Shown here: in pieces, positions 1 through 9,278 of the stretch
Layout: the number at the start of each line of letters is the position of its first letter
Position numbering within the stretch: the stretch's first letter is position 1
Assembly (NCBI GenBank): GCA_964412555.1
Contig: CAYPPG010000047.1
Span: forward strand, 1-63,403
Length of the DNA stretch: 63,403 nt
Reading direction: 5' to 3'
Source: an uncultured bacterium
Lineage (GTDB): Bacteria > Hinthialibacterota > Hinthialibacteria > Hinthialibacterales > Hinthialibacteraceae
The notes under the pieces: generated by a model
Told to the model about the DNA's origin: nothing
Seen by the model: the letters and a program-made list of their open reading frames with translations, nothing else
The model's database searches: none
Program-made: the position numbers and the translations under genes

Positions 1-1
1 T

Positions 2-400
2 CGAATTCCCGAAAGCACGTTGTCCAATTTACCATATACCCATCACCATGTTATGGATGAAGATGATCTTCATATATTCATCCAGCAAAATAGATTGAAT
101 CACTTACACGTCGGTGAACAGGAATGCCTTTGTCTCTGCAAACGATTAGGAATTGATCTGATATTGACGGATGATCTTGCCGTTCGAAAAGTCGCTAAAC
201 AGATGTGCATTACTCCTGTTGGCTCCCTTGGTATTATTGTAAAAGCGTATCAACTCGGGCTGATCTCTTTTGAAAAGTCTGAGAGATTATTAAGGGATTT
301 GGATGATATAAGCAGTTTATATATAACCGATAGTATTGTTGAGATGGCTATTGAGCAATTATACGAATTCAAGCTGAAGAAAGAATCATTTTACGAGTAA
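2..400 (+). CDS. PIN-domain protein (DUF3368/COG2405-like, VapC-type), 5'-partial
   Basis: Frame is open from the window edge. The LHVGEQEC...LILTDDLAVRK...GSLGII pattern matches this PIN subfamily. AT-rich. Confidence 0.75.
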   Translation, partial: RIPESTLSNLPYTHHHVMDEDDLHIFIQQNRLNHLHVGEQECLCLCKRLGIDLILTDDLAVRKVAKQMCITPVGSLGIIVKAYQLGLISFEKSERLLRDLDDISSLYITDSIVEMAIEQLYEFKLKKESFYE

Positions 401-453
401 TTTGAATTCCGCTTCCAACAGAATGAAATTTTTAATGAATATTAAAATACATT

Positions 454-2511
454 TCATATCCCTGGCATCGGTGTCTCCATCCACTTCAAATTAAACGCGT
501 AGTGATTCCAACTGGTGATCAAGTGAATTACCCCGTCTCGTGTCTGGCAAATCGATAAATACCCGCACGGCTCCGCACTGCTGCGGCTCATGGTAAAAGT
601 TCGGCCATCGGTCGTCTTGACTTCATGCTCCGGCTTATCATCTGTAATGAGCCGGATGACTGGCCAGGTTTCCCCTTCATCATACGAAAGCGCGGCAAAC
701 ATGCCTTTGATTTCCCGTGTAATTCCTTCGGCATCCGTGACGTGAACCGGTACGCTGGAGCTGTTCGCAAACGAAATAAATAAAATCGGACCTTCCTGCA
801 GGCGAATCAACACCAATCGCTGTCCACCCCCGATGGGGGGAAAGATACTAGGTGAATATTCCCAACTTTTTCCCATATCTTCGGAAATGCTTTTCGGCAT
901 ATGGCCTTCGATTGTGTCGCCGCGCCCGAAGGCCATCAAGCGGCCGTCTTTCAACTGCATGACAGCGGCATGAATGCCGGCGATGGTGCCGCCCGGATCG
1001 TTCCAGGTCGCGCCGTTATCCCTGCTGATATGGATCGCGGTTCCGCCGTTTCCGCTTGGTGTCGCGTCACAAGGGAGTATGATAAAACCTTCTTGAGTGC
1101 GAAAAACAGATTCAACGCATTGATTACGCCGCTGATGTTCCGGCATGATCAACTGCGCTTTCGACCACGTGACTCCGTTGTCGGTGGACGTACGCATGAT
1201 AATGGCCAACGGTCCCCACGTTGCCGCGGTCGAAAGTCCGGCGAAGTGATACAGGGTCCGAACGCCGTCAAACCACATTGCCGGGCAGTGATCATTCCGG
1301 TCGGGAACATCCCAGAAGGGGGAAGCCGGTTCCCATTCATCCGCTCCATACCGTAGCCGGCTGGCGGCGAGTCCCAATTCACGTCCCCGTTCTGTTACCG
1401 TCGTATACCATACCGCCAACAGATCGCCATTCGGGCATTCGACGATTCCCGGATCGTGATTATGGTTGGAAAATAACGGACCGAATGAATCATCCGGAAT
1501 TTTTACGTAATTACGCGGGCCGCGAAAATAGGGCGTATTGGCATCGGGGCCTCTTGCAATATCTTCTGGGATCTCTTGCTTTACTTTTTTCTGATATTGT
1601 TCCGGCAACATAGGTGATAAAGGTTGAGTCGTGGACATTTCACCCAACACCACGCGGAATCCGATATACCAACTTTCATCTTCCGGCGCCGAACCGATGC
1701 GGTTGGCGGATCGAAGATAGTACGCCACCGTTCCATGGCTTCCTCCGCGCGTGACTTTAAAATCTCCTTCCGCCCGACCAACCGGATCGACGGACTCGTT
1801 TTCCACATAGGGCCCGTACCAGTCAGAACACCACTCTTCCACATTGCCATGCATATCGAATAATCCCCATGGATTCGGTGTCGTTTTCCCTACATGTAAA
1901 GGCACCACTTCCTCCCGGTTGCGGCTTCGTTCGGGACAGGGGTACCAACTATTATCTGGATTCTTGATCAATTCATCCGGTAACGTCTCCCCAGTCGAAT
2001 ACGGCGTCACCGTTCCTGCACGGCAGGCGTACTCCCATTCCGCTTCGGTCGGCAGACGGTATGGTAATCCTTCTTTTTCCGACAACCATTCACAAAACGC
2101 ATTCGCATCATGCCAATCCACAAAAACCACGGCTTCGTCATTGTCGATCGAAAAGCCTTTCTTGCCGCGAATATGCATATGCAACGGATCGAATTGTTCG
2201 TACTGGCGATTGGTCACTTCGCATACACTCATCATGAACGGCTTGCTGATTGTCACCGGATGCGCAGGAAACTCATCATAATCCCCCTTCCTCGGCAACC
2301 AAATTTCCCGCCCCCCATGTTCCCGTGCATCAAGAATATTCTCATGCAAGTCACTCCCGTTCGAACCCATGGTAAACGATCCTGCTTCGATCCGCACGAA
2401 TTTCATGCCCAATGAATTCGTGAAGGTTTTTTCCTGGGGGATTTCATAGGAAAATCCAGTCGAGATAGTAATCACTAAAATAATCACAACACAAGATAGT
2501 TTTTGTTTCAT
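454..2511 (-). CDS. Secreted fusion: FGE-sulfatase (SUMF1-like) domain + BNR/sialidase-like beta-propeller
   Basis: Signal peptide; F.MGS, RLPTEAEWEYACRAG, NPWGLFDMHGNVEEWC, RGGS and GFR motifs; then Asp-box repeats (STDNGVTW, SRDNGATW, SEDMGKSW, SYDEGETW). GGAG upstream of ATG 2511. Confidence 0.85.
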   Translation of the reverse strand: MKQKLSCVVIILVITISTGFSYEIPQEKTFTNSLGMKFVRIEAGSFTMGSNGSDLHENILDAREHGGREIWLPRKGDYDEFPAHPVTISKPFMMSVCEVTNRQYEQFDPLHMHIRGKKGFSIDNDEAVVFVDWHDANAFCEWLSEKEGLPYRLPTEAEWEYACRAGTVTPYSTGETLPDELIKNPDNSWYPCPERSRNREEVVPLHVGKTTPNPWGLFDMHGNVEEWCSDWYGPYVENESVDPVGRAEGDFKVTRGGSHGTVAYYLRSANRIGSAPEDESWYIGFRVVLGEMSTTQPLSPMLPEQYQKKVKQEIPEDIARGPDANTPYFRGPRNYVKIPDDSFGPLFSNHNHDPGIVECPNGDLLAVWYTTVTERGRELGLAASRLRYGADEWEPASPFWDVPDRNDHCPAMWFDGVRTLYHFAGLSTAATWGPLAIIMRTSTDNGVTWSKAQLIMPEHQRRNQCVESVFRTQEGFIILPCDATPSGNGGTAIHISRDNGATWNDPGGTIAGIHAAVMQLKDGRLMAFGRGDTIEGHMPKSISEDMGKSWEYSPSIFPPIGGGQRLVLIRLQEGPILFISFANSSSVPVHVTDAEGITREIKGMFAALSYDEGETWPVIRLITDDKPEHEVKTTDGRTFTMSRSSAEPCGYLSICQTRDGVIHLITSWNHYAFNLKWMETPMPGI

Positions 2512-2557
2512 ATTCAATTCCTCCAGATTTTCTTTTACAAAACAGTAAGATAGTAGC

Positions 2558-4438
2558 CTATTCAGTCCGATCCAATTTCTGAATGATCCGTGTCGTCACC
2601 CGTTTCACATACTCATACTCATCCTCCCGTGCCTTTTTAATAATTTCATAAGCAGGGCGCGCCTCTTCCCCCATATCTTCCAACCCACACGCCGCATAAT
2701 GCCGGACAATTTCATTGTCCGAATGTTGCAGTTCATCCGCTAGCACTTTTCGGGCGTCCTCGATCATTCCCATCTCCGCGACCGCTCGAGCCGCAGCCAC
2801 TCGAACCGAAGCGGAAGGATCACTTAACGATTTCTGAAGCAATTTTTTCGCGTCTTTTCCTTCTTCTCCTAATTTTGACAATTCCATGGCCGCCACGTAT
2901 CGCACTGTTGAACGATCATCTTGTAGGGCCTTCATCAATGGGTCACATGCCGGTTCACCTTTTTCCGCCAGTCCGTACATCTCTCGTAAATCCTTCACCA
3001 TCTGTTGGTTTTTCTTATCCTGTAGAATCGCCCAATAACTATCGTAGTGTTTGGAGAGTTCCGCCAACAGCGGTTCCGGAATCTGCCCCAAGTCTTTTGT
3101 CCGGTCCATCCATTTGGTCAATTCGTTTCGGAACGTTTTCAACTTCGATCGATGTTCCGCCGATTCGGTGAGATTGTTCATCTCATACGGATCGTTTTTC
3201 AAATCATACAATTCTTCACTCGGACGTGTTGGCAGAAATGGACGCGCCTGCGTAGGCGTGAGTTTTCCTTTTTCATACAACTCCCGCATGGTTTTCATGA
3301 TCTGCTTGCCGTCTTTATAGCGGTTTGGCTGTGCATGGGGGCGGTCCGGATAGTAATTACGAATATATTTAAACTGCTCACTTCGCACACATCGGATTCG
3401 TTCGACTGTTTCGTCGCAACGGTCGCGCGCTGAAAAAATATACTCTCTCGGCTCCGATTCGTCGCCGAATAAAAACCGCCCCTGCAGATGCTCCGGAACA
3501 GGCAGCCCTGCCAGTTCAAAAGAGGTAAAGGGAATATCGATATGCTCCGTGAGATTCCCGATAACCGTCCCCGCTTCGATTCCTGGCCCTCTTACAATCA
3601 ACGGAATATGAATGCCGCCTTCATAGAGGAACTGTTTGTCACGAACATGACTGATTCCATGATCGGTCCAGAAAAAGATGATGGTGTTGTCCAAATCTCC
3701 GTCCTGCTCCAACCGATCCAATATTTGTCCGACTTCAATGTCCGTTTGAATGACGGAATTCAAATAGTTAGCCCAATCTTCTCGCAGAACCGGATGATCG
3801 GGGTAATAGGGTGGTAATTTTACCTCAGCCGGATCGACCGGATTGGGAACTTTCGCGCCTCGATTTTTCCCCCCACGCAACTGCAGTTGTGCAAAGAACG
3901 GCTGCCCCGGTTCACGATCGAACCAGTCGTTCCCATCATAGACGTTGGGGTCGAACACAAAATTATAATCGGTTTTTCCCTTCTGAGTTTTCTTTTGCGG
4001 ATTTGTTGGGATCATTCTTCCGTTCGAGGTATAGTAACCTGCATGTTGGAAATAATCCGGTATGAGACGAATATGTTCTGGTAGATGGATTTTCTCTTCA
4101 TGGCGAGAAGACCGATGGTTATGCGCCCCGATTGTGGTTTGATACATTCCCGTCACCATCGCCGAACGGCTTGGAGAGCAAACAGGACAAGTGATAAACG
4201 CCTGCGTAAAATGTGCTCCTTCACGAGCCAACCGATCGATATTGGGGGTTTCGATTGTCGTTTCTCCGTAACAACTCATATTAGGTGACATATCCTCTAC
4301 ACAAATCCAGAGAATATTTGGTTTTTGTTTCATTGATGCGGTTCCATAAAGGGATAAGGAAGCCATAGTCGATAAACCACATCCTACCCTTTTCATAAAA
4401 TCTCGGCGTGTATAATGGCATGAGTTATTTTGTTTCAT
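2558..4438 (-). CDS. Tat-exported Cys-type sulfatase with C-terminal HEAT repeats
   Basis: TRRDFMK Tat motif, PNILWI, CSPSR signature, DHG, ELYDL..DP.E..NL; C-terminal 'L.D....VR.AAA' repeats. GAGGTGG RBS. Confidence 0.9.
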   Translation of the reverse strand: MKQNNSCHYTRRDFMKRVGCGLSTMASLSLYGTASMKQKPNILWICVEDMSPNMSCYGETTIETPNIDRLAREGAHFTQAFITCPVCSPSRSAMVTGMYQTTIGAHNHRSSRHEEKIHLPEHIRLIPDYFQHAGYYTSNGRMIPTNPQKKTQKGKTDYNFVFDPNVYDGNDWFDREPGQPFFAQLQLRGGKNRGAKVPNPVDPAEVKLPPYYPDHPVLREDWANYLNSVIQTDIEVGQILDRLEQDGDLDNTIIFFWTDHGISHVRDKQFLYEGGIHIPLIVRGPGIEAGTVIGNLTEHIDIPFTSFELAGLPVPEHLQGRFLFGDESEPREYIFSARDRCDETVERIRCVRSEQFKYIRNYYPDRPHAQPNRYKDGKQIMKTMRELYEKGKLTPTQARPFLPTRPSEELYDLKNDPYEMNNLTESAEHRSKLKTFRNELTKWMDRTKDLGQIPEPLLAELSKHYDSYWAILQDKKNQQMVKDLREMYGLAEKGEPACDPLMKALQDDRSTVRYVAAMELSKLGEEGKDAKKLLQKSLSDPSASVRVAAARAVAEMGMIEDARKVLADELQHSDNEIVRHYAACGLEDMGEEARPAYEIIKKAREDEYEYVKRVTTRIIQKLDRTE

Positions 4439-4455
4439 AAATTCCACCTCATATA

Positions 4456-4479
4456 GGTAACGCCGGCATCTTGCCGGCA
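4456..4479 (+). repeat. REP-like palindrome
   Basis: GGTAAC-GCCGGC-ATCTT-GCCGGC-A; same architecture as the other copies listed. Confidence 0.7.
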
Positions 4480-4753
4480 TGATGATTCACATCACTCCAA
4501 TGATAGTGCTGCTTATACAGTCATTGTGACAAGTCTACAGTCTTTACCATGTCGCTCTCTTCTAGTATGCAGGAATTCTGACCAAAAAGAAAGCGAAACA
4601 TCTTCTTCGAGAGGCTTTGATTCAAAGGATTTCATGATAAAGTGATTTGGCATTGGTCTTTAGACTAGAGCGTACTAAAAGTAGTCATGCGATAAAAAAC
4701 GATCAATTTTTTTTTGTTCGTTTGGATACCATATCAGTTGAGCGAGTATAACA

Positions 4754-5710
4754 TTGACTTTTTTCTCGACTATTTTCATTCAAAAATTGCTATATCAAGT
4801 GATTGTTGTCATACTGGGAATCATTCTTGCCCGGAATGTCAATCGGATTGAGGATCGATCCCTCTCCGCCGCTTGCCTCTTCGTGTTCCTGTTCTTCACT
4901 TTATTTTTGCAGGCATTGGGACAAAACCCTCGTGAGGCTCAGTTTAGTTTCACGTTTTTCTTCTATATTTTTCATACAGCAGCACTCTATTTCCTCGTTT
5001 CCGGACTTCTTCGTTCTATCGGTTTTCAAACGCAAGCCCGCCACCTTTTCTTAATTTGTATCATCCTTGGCGGACAAATCAATTTGAAATATATCTCCCC
5101 TCTTCTCGGCGCTCCCGCCGAAGCCGTTCAAACGATCAATACATTGATTTTTTATCAACTTCTTTTGATCGCCAGTTTGGGAATCTACCTCTGTGCCAAA
5201 CAAGATAAATTCTTGTTGAATGTAATACAACTTGCCAAAACACCGCTGATTTATGCGGCGATTCTTGGTTTATTATTGGTCAAATTTTCAGATTCTCTGA
5301 CGTACAATTTTCTCGAGGCGGTCGATTCTCTCCGCGATGTCACCGACCCACTCGCTCTTCTGATCTTTGGAGTGATCATCGGGCGGTATATCTACTTTTT
5401 CGAAGTCAAGGAATATACGGGCATGATTCCCGGTATTTTTCTCTGCGTGATTTTCAAACTCCTCATCTCCCCCGCCCTGGCGACTCTCATTGTCATTCTC
5501 ATGGGGATCGATCAACCCATTTTACAGCGAGGCTTGATCCTTTCCGCAGGAGCGCCGACCGGCATTTTTGCCGCCATCCTTGTCAGCTATTATGGAACGT
5601 CCCAAGACAAACGCTTTGCCCTCGTCTGTGTGTTGTTTACCTCGATCCTCAGCCTGCTGACAATTCCGGGACTCTTATGGATACTCAACCGCTGGTTCCC
5701 AATCGTGTGA
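4754..5710 (+). CDS. AEC (auxin efflux carrier-like/Mem_trans) family transporter
   Basis: About 10 TM helices; P.IYA.ILG, PLALLIFG, KLLISP and GAPTG motifs. Start codon uncertain. Confidence 0.75.
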   Translation: MTFFSTIFIQKLLYQVIVVILGIILARNVNRIEDRSLSAACLFVFLFFTLFLQALGQNPREAQFSFTFFFYIFHTAALYFLVSGLLRSIGFQTQARHLFLICIILGGQINLKYISPLLGAPAEAVQTINTLIFYQLLLIASLGIYLCAKQDKFLLNVIQLAKTPLIYAAILGLLLVKFSDSLTYNFLEAVDSLRDVTDPLALLIFGVIIGRYIYFFEVKEYTGMIPGIFLCVIFKLLISPALATLIVILMGIDQPILQRGLILSAGAPTGIFAAILVSYYGTSQDKRFALVCVLFTSILSLLTIPGLLWILNRWFPIV

Positions 5711-5943
5711 AACGTATAACAGGATAATGATGAAAACATAACACCTCCTCTGGGTGTTATAAACAAACAACATTCCTTTCTCCTCATCCTTCGGGAGAGA
5801 TAAGGGGGCTATCTCAGTTACATACGCGGAAAAACCGGCAGGATGCTTGCTTTTTTTACAGATATCTACAGGAATATAGGATTAGAGGGAGGGGAAAAGT
5901 ATAATAAAAAGTACAACTCAAAAAACAGAAATCAAGTTGGAAA

Positions 5944-6501
5944 CTAAAAATTCATGATATCCGATTCTTTCTCCTTCAAAATCTCATCGATCTTATCGGT
6001 ATATTTGTCGGTTGTTTTCTGAACGTCATCCAGAAGATTTTTCGCTTGGTCTTCAGGAATTTCTCCGTCTTTTTCTGCTTTTTTGAGGGATTCATTGGTC
6101 TCCCTGCGTATCTGCCGTAAACGGATTTTCCCTTCTTCCCCGATTTTTTTGGCCAGTTTGACCAAATCTTTTCGGCGTTCTTCCGTAAGAGGAGGAATGT
6201 TCAAACGAATCAATTTTCCGTCACTATTGGGAGTGAGATTCAAATCCGATGTTTGAATGGCACGAACGATATCATCGATGGTGTTCTTGTCCCAGGGTTG
6301 AATCACAAGCAGACGAGCTTCGGGAACACTGATATTTGCCAACTGACGAACAGGAGTTTTTGTGCCGTACGCTTCGACCAAAACTCCATCCAACAAAGCC
6401 GGCGAGGCACGTCCTGTTCGTAATTGCAGCAATTCCCGGCGTGTATTATCAAGCGCATCTTCCATTTCCAATTCAAGTTCTTCAATGAGTTCACTAGACA
6501 T
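5944..6501 (-). CDS. frr: Ribosome recycling factor
   Basis: LRTGRASP, IPPLTEERRKDLVK; downstream of pyrH. Confidence 0.97.
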   Translation of the reverse strand: MSSELIEELELEMEDALDNTRRELLQLRTGRASPALLDGVLVEAYGTKTPVRQLANISVPEARLLVIQPWDKNTIDDIVRAIQTSDLNLTPNSDGKLIRLNIPPLTEERRKDLVKLAKKIGEEGKIRLRQIRRETNESLKKAEKDGEIPEDQAKNLLDDVQKTTDKYTDKIDEILKEKESDIMNF

Positions 6502-6626
6502 GATTTCAACATCCTCGTTAAAAATTTGAGTTACAATGCAAATCGTCACTCGCACGATCCGGCGATAATCGATAAGCGCAATTAAATCAACAATGATAAA
6601 AGATCATACCATTCCTTTTCACATTT

Positions 6627-7340
6627 TCAATCTCGAATGGTAGTTCCAACCGGTTCACCCAGCAATGCACGTGTAATGGCTTCCGGTTGTGTCATATCGA
6701 ATACGACGATTGGAATCCCTTTCTCCATACAAAGAGAAATTGCGGTCGAATCCATCACTTTTAAACTTTTATGCAATACTTCGCTATAGGTTAATTCGGT
6801 ATACCGTGTCGCTTTTGGGTCAAGGACAGGATCTGCGGAGTATACGCCGTCCACTTTTGTGGCTTTATAAATCATTTCCGCTTCGATTTCCAATGCACGC
6901 AATACCGCTGCAGTATCGGTGGTGAAGAATGGATTTCCCGTTCCTCCCGCGAAAATAACCACTCGCCCTTTTTCGATATGCCGAATTGCCCGGCGCCGGA
7001 TGTAGGGTTCTGCAAGTTCCTCCATATGGATAGCGGTTTGGACACGGGTATCGACACCGGCTTGTTCGAGAGAACCTTGAAATGCCAATGCATTGATGAT
7101 TGTAGCCAGCATTCCCATATAATGGGCAGTGGGTTCTTCGATAAACTTCACCACAAGGGAACCGCCGCGCCAGATATTTCCACCGCCGACGATAATTGAT
7201 AATTCGACCCCCTGTTTATGCGCTACGGCTATTTGATTGGAGACTTGTTCTAACGTAGGAAAATGAATCCCATGCCGTTGCTCACCGGCAAGGGCTTCAC
7301 CACTGATCTTGAGGACTACACGACGTTTTTTGTTGGTCAC
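6627..7340 (-). CDS. pyrH: UMP kinase
   Basis: LKISGEAL, GGGNIWRG, GTGNPFFTTD, VMDSTA. Confidence 0.97.
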   Translation of the reverse strand: MTNKKRRVVLKISGEALAGEQRHGIHFPTLEQVSNQIAVAHKQGVELSIIVGGGNIWRGGSLVVKFIEEPTAHYMGMLATIINALAFQGSLEQAGVDTRVQTAIHMEELAEPYIRRRAIRHIEKGRVVIFAGGTGNPFFTTDTAAVLRALEIEAEMIYKATKVDGVYSADPVLDPKATRYTELTYSEVLHKSLKVMDSTAISLCMEKGIPIVVFDMTQPEAITRALLGEPVGTTIRD

Positions 7341-7354
7341 TTTTCTAGCTTCTA

Positions 7355-7381
7355 TTGGAGCGCGGGCATCTTGTCCGCATC
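7355..7381 (+). repeat. REP-like palindrome
   Basis: TTGGAGCGCGGGCATCTTGTCCGCATC; 26/27 identical to the reverse complement of 59220-59246. Confidence 0.8.
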
Positions 7382-7408
7382 GTACATCGCGTGTAATAAC
7401 AATAGAAT

Positions 7409-7437
7409 AAAAAAGGGCAGGTAATAAACCTGCCCTT
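7409..7437 (-). terminator. Intrinsic terminator after tsf
   Basis: 10-bp stem AAGGGCAGGT/ACCTGCCCTT ending in a T-run on the minus strand. Confidence 0.8.
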
Positions 7438-7445
7438 ATTCCTGC

Positions 7446-8045
7446 TTATTCTTCGCCGAGTTGATAACGAGTAAATCGGCGAATTTGAATGTTTTCTCCG
7501 ATTTTGCCGATAAACTCTTTCAAATAATCTTCGACAGTTGTGTTCATGTCTTTGATAAAAGGTTGCTCAATCAGACAAACTTGTGAATAAAATTTGTCGA
7601 TACGACCTTCCACAATCTTTTGGATCACGTTCTCCGGCTTGCCGGATTCTTTCGCTTGATTGGTCAGCACTTCTTTTTCCGCTTCGATAACCTCATTTGG
7701 AACACTTTCCCGATCCAGATAAGGAGGATTCGAAGCGGCTATATGCATCGCGATATCTTTGCAGAAACTCAGAAACGACTCATTGCGAGCAACAAAATCC
7801 GTTTCACAGTTGATTTCCACCAACACTCCGATTTTATTGCCGGGGTGAATGTATGAAAACACTGCTCCTTCTTTCGTTGCCCGGCCGCTCCGTTTCTGCG
7901 CATCGGCGATTCCTTTCTCCCGTAGAAATTTGATGGCTTTTTCGAAGTCACCCTCACATTCGGCGAGTGCTTTTTTGCAGTCCATCATTCCTACGCCGGT
8001 TTTCTCGCGAAGTTTTTTCACATCCGCTGCTGAAATATTTACCAT
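7446..8045 (-). CDS. tsf: Elongation factor Ts (short ~200-aa form)
   Basis: VKKLREKTGVGMMDCKKAL, EINCETDFVA. Confidence 0.97.
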   Translation of the reverse strand: MVNISAADVKKLREKTGVGMMDCKKALAECEGDFEKAIKFLREKGIADAQKRSGRATKEGAVFSYIHPGNKIGVLVEINCETDFVARNESFLSFCKDIAMHIAASNPPYLDRESVPNEVIEAEKEVLTNQAKESGKPENVIQKIVEGRIDKFYSQVCLIEQPFIKDMNTTVEDYLKEFIGKIGENIQIRRFTRYQLGEE

Positions 8046-8101
8046 CGGTGTCACCCTCTATTTTAAATTGTTCTTATTATGATTCCGAACCTATATGTGT
8101 C

Positions 8102-8998
8102 TCAGGCTTCTTCTCTGTTCACTTCTTCACTGACAGAAGTTTCGACGGGTGTTTCTTCTTCTACCGGTCTTTCCGGTTCTGTTCCCTCAGTTTGAGGAGT
8201 CGGCTCGGAAGCGACTGCCTCGGAAGATGTTACTGTCTCTGAGGATTCCGGCTTTTCTTCTGTCATCGCCTGAGCTTCCATGCTTTCTTCTTCCGCTTCT
8301 TCGCCTTCGGAAGCAGCCATCTTACCTTCAATCACCGAGTCGGCAATACGCTGGGTCAAAAGCCGGACTGCACGGATGGCGTCATCATTGCCAGGAATTA
8401 CATAATCGATGAAATCCGGGTCACAGTTTGTATCCACAATCGCGACCACCGGAATCCCCAATTTGTTTGCTTCCTGCACAGCGATATGTTCTTTGCGCGT
8501 ATCCGTGATAAAGATTGCGCTGGGTAACTGATCCATCTCACGGATCCCGGACAAGTTCTTTTGAAGCTTATCCCGGGATTTTGCCATCATCATTTTTTCC
8601 TTTTTCTTCAAATGCTTGATGGATTCTTCATCGTTGAGTTTTGAGTCAAAATCTTCGAGTTTTTTGATACTTTGCCGAATCGTATCGAAATTTGTCAGCA
8701 TGCCACCCAGCCAGCGCTGATTCACAAAAAACATTCCACAGCGCTTCGCTTCCTCTTTGACTGTGTCTTGAGCCTGTTTTTTGGTTCCGACAAAGAGAAT
8801 CGTTCCTCCGTCGGACGCTACCTCTTTTACATACCGGCAGGCTTCCTTCAACAAACGCACGGTCTTTTTCAAGTCGATAATATAGATCCCGTTGCGCTGG
8901 CCAAAAATATACTTGGCCATTTTCGGATTCCATCGACGGGTTTGATGCCCGAAGTGGACGCCGGATTCCAGGAGTTGTTTCATACTTACTGTCGTCAA
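8102..8998 (-). CDS. rpsB: 30S ribosomal protein S2 with acidic C-terminal tail
   Basis: [23 protein letters not shown]; TTG start with AAGGAG RBS. Confidence 0.98.
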   Translation of the reverse strand: MTTVSMKQLLESGVHFGHQTRRWNPKMAKYIFGQRNGIYIIDLKKTVRLLKEACRYVKEVASDGGTILFVGTKKQAQDTVKEEAKRCGMFFVNQRWLGGMLTNFDTIRQSIKKLEDFDSKLNDEESIKHLKKKEKMMMAKSRDKLQKNLSGIREMDQLPSAIFITDTRKEHIAVQEANKLGIPVVAIVDTNCDPDFIDYVIPGNDDAIRAVRLLTQRIADSVIEGKMAASEGEEAEEESMEAQAMTEEKPESSETVTSSEAVASEPTPQTEGTEPERPVEEETPVETSVSEEVNREEA

Positions 8999-9015
8999 AA
9001 TACGTTCTCCTTTTG

Positions 9016-9116
9016 TACCGCATAAGCGGTAAGATGTTCTGTGTATTGAAGTTAGAAATCTGTGATTGAATATACACAGAGTCTTTAATTATTAGCACCG
9101 AATCACAATAATTCAA
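9016..9116 (-). promoter_or_regulatory. rpsB promoter and structured 5' leader
   Basis: TTGAAT (9116-9111) then TAATAAT (9094-9088). Hairpins TCTGTGTAT/ATACACAGA and TACCGC/GCGGTA lie before the SD. Confidence 0.55.
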
Positions 9117-9278
9117 GGCGAAGGTTCTTCGTCTTCTGAATGAAAAGGGGGGCTTGCCCTAACAGGTTTCAAGAACGTATAAAGTTGGATATTCTATCTT
9201 TGTATCAGAATGTGGGGTAGAAATTTTTATGATATCTTCCCTTCATATAAATCCGAAACGGGAAAACAAAGCTCGTAA

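Noticed and set aside
454-2511. True formylglycine-generating enzyme
   Set aside because: The catalytic Cys pair after RGGS is absent.
5740-5900. Purine/pyrimidine-rich imperfect hairpins as a second repeat family
   Set aside because: Too degenerate to align confidently with similar patches near 32545 and 54912.
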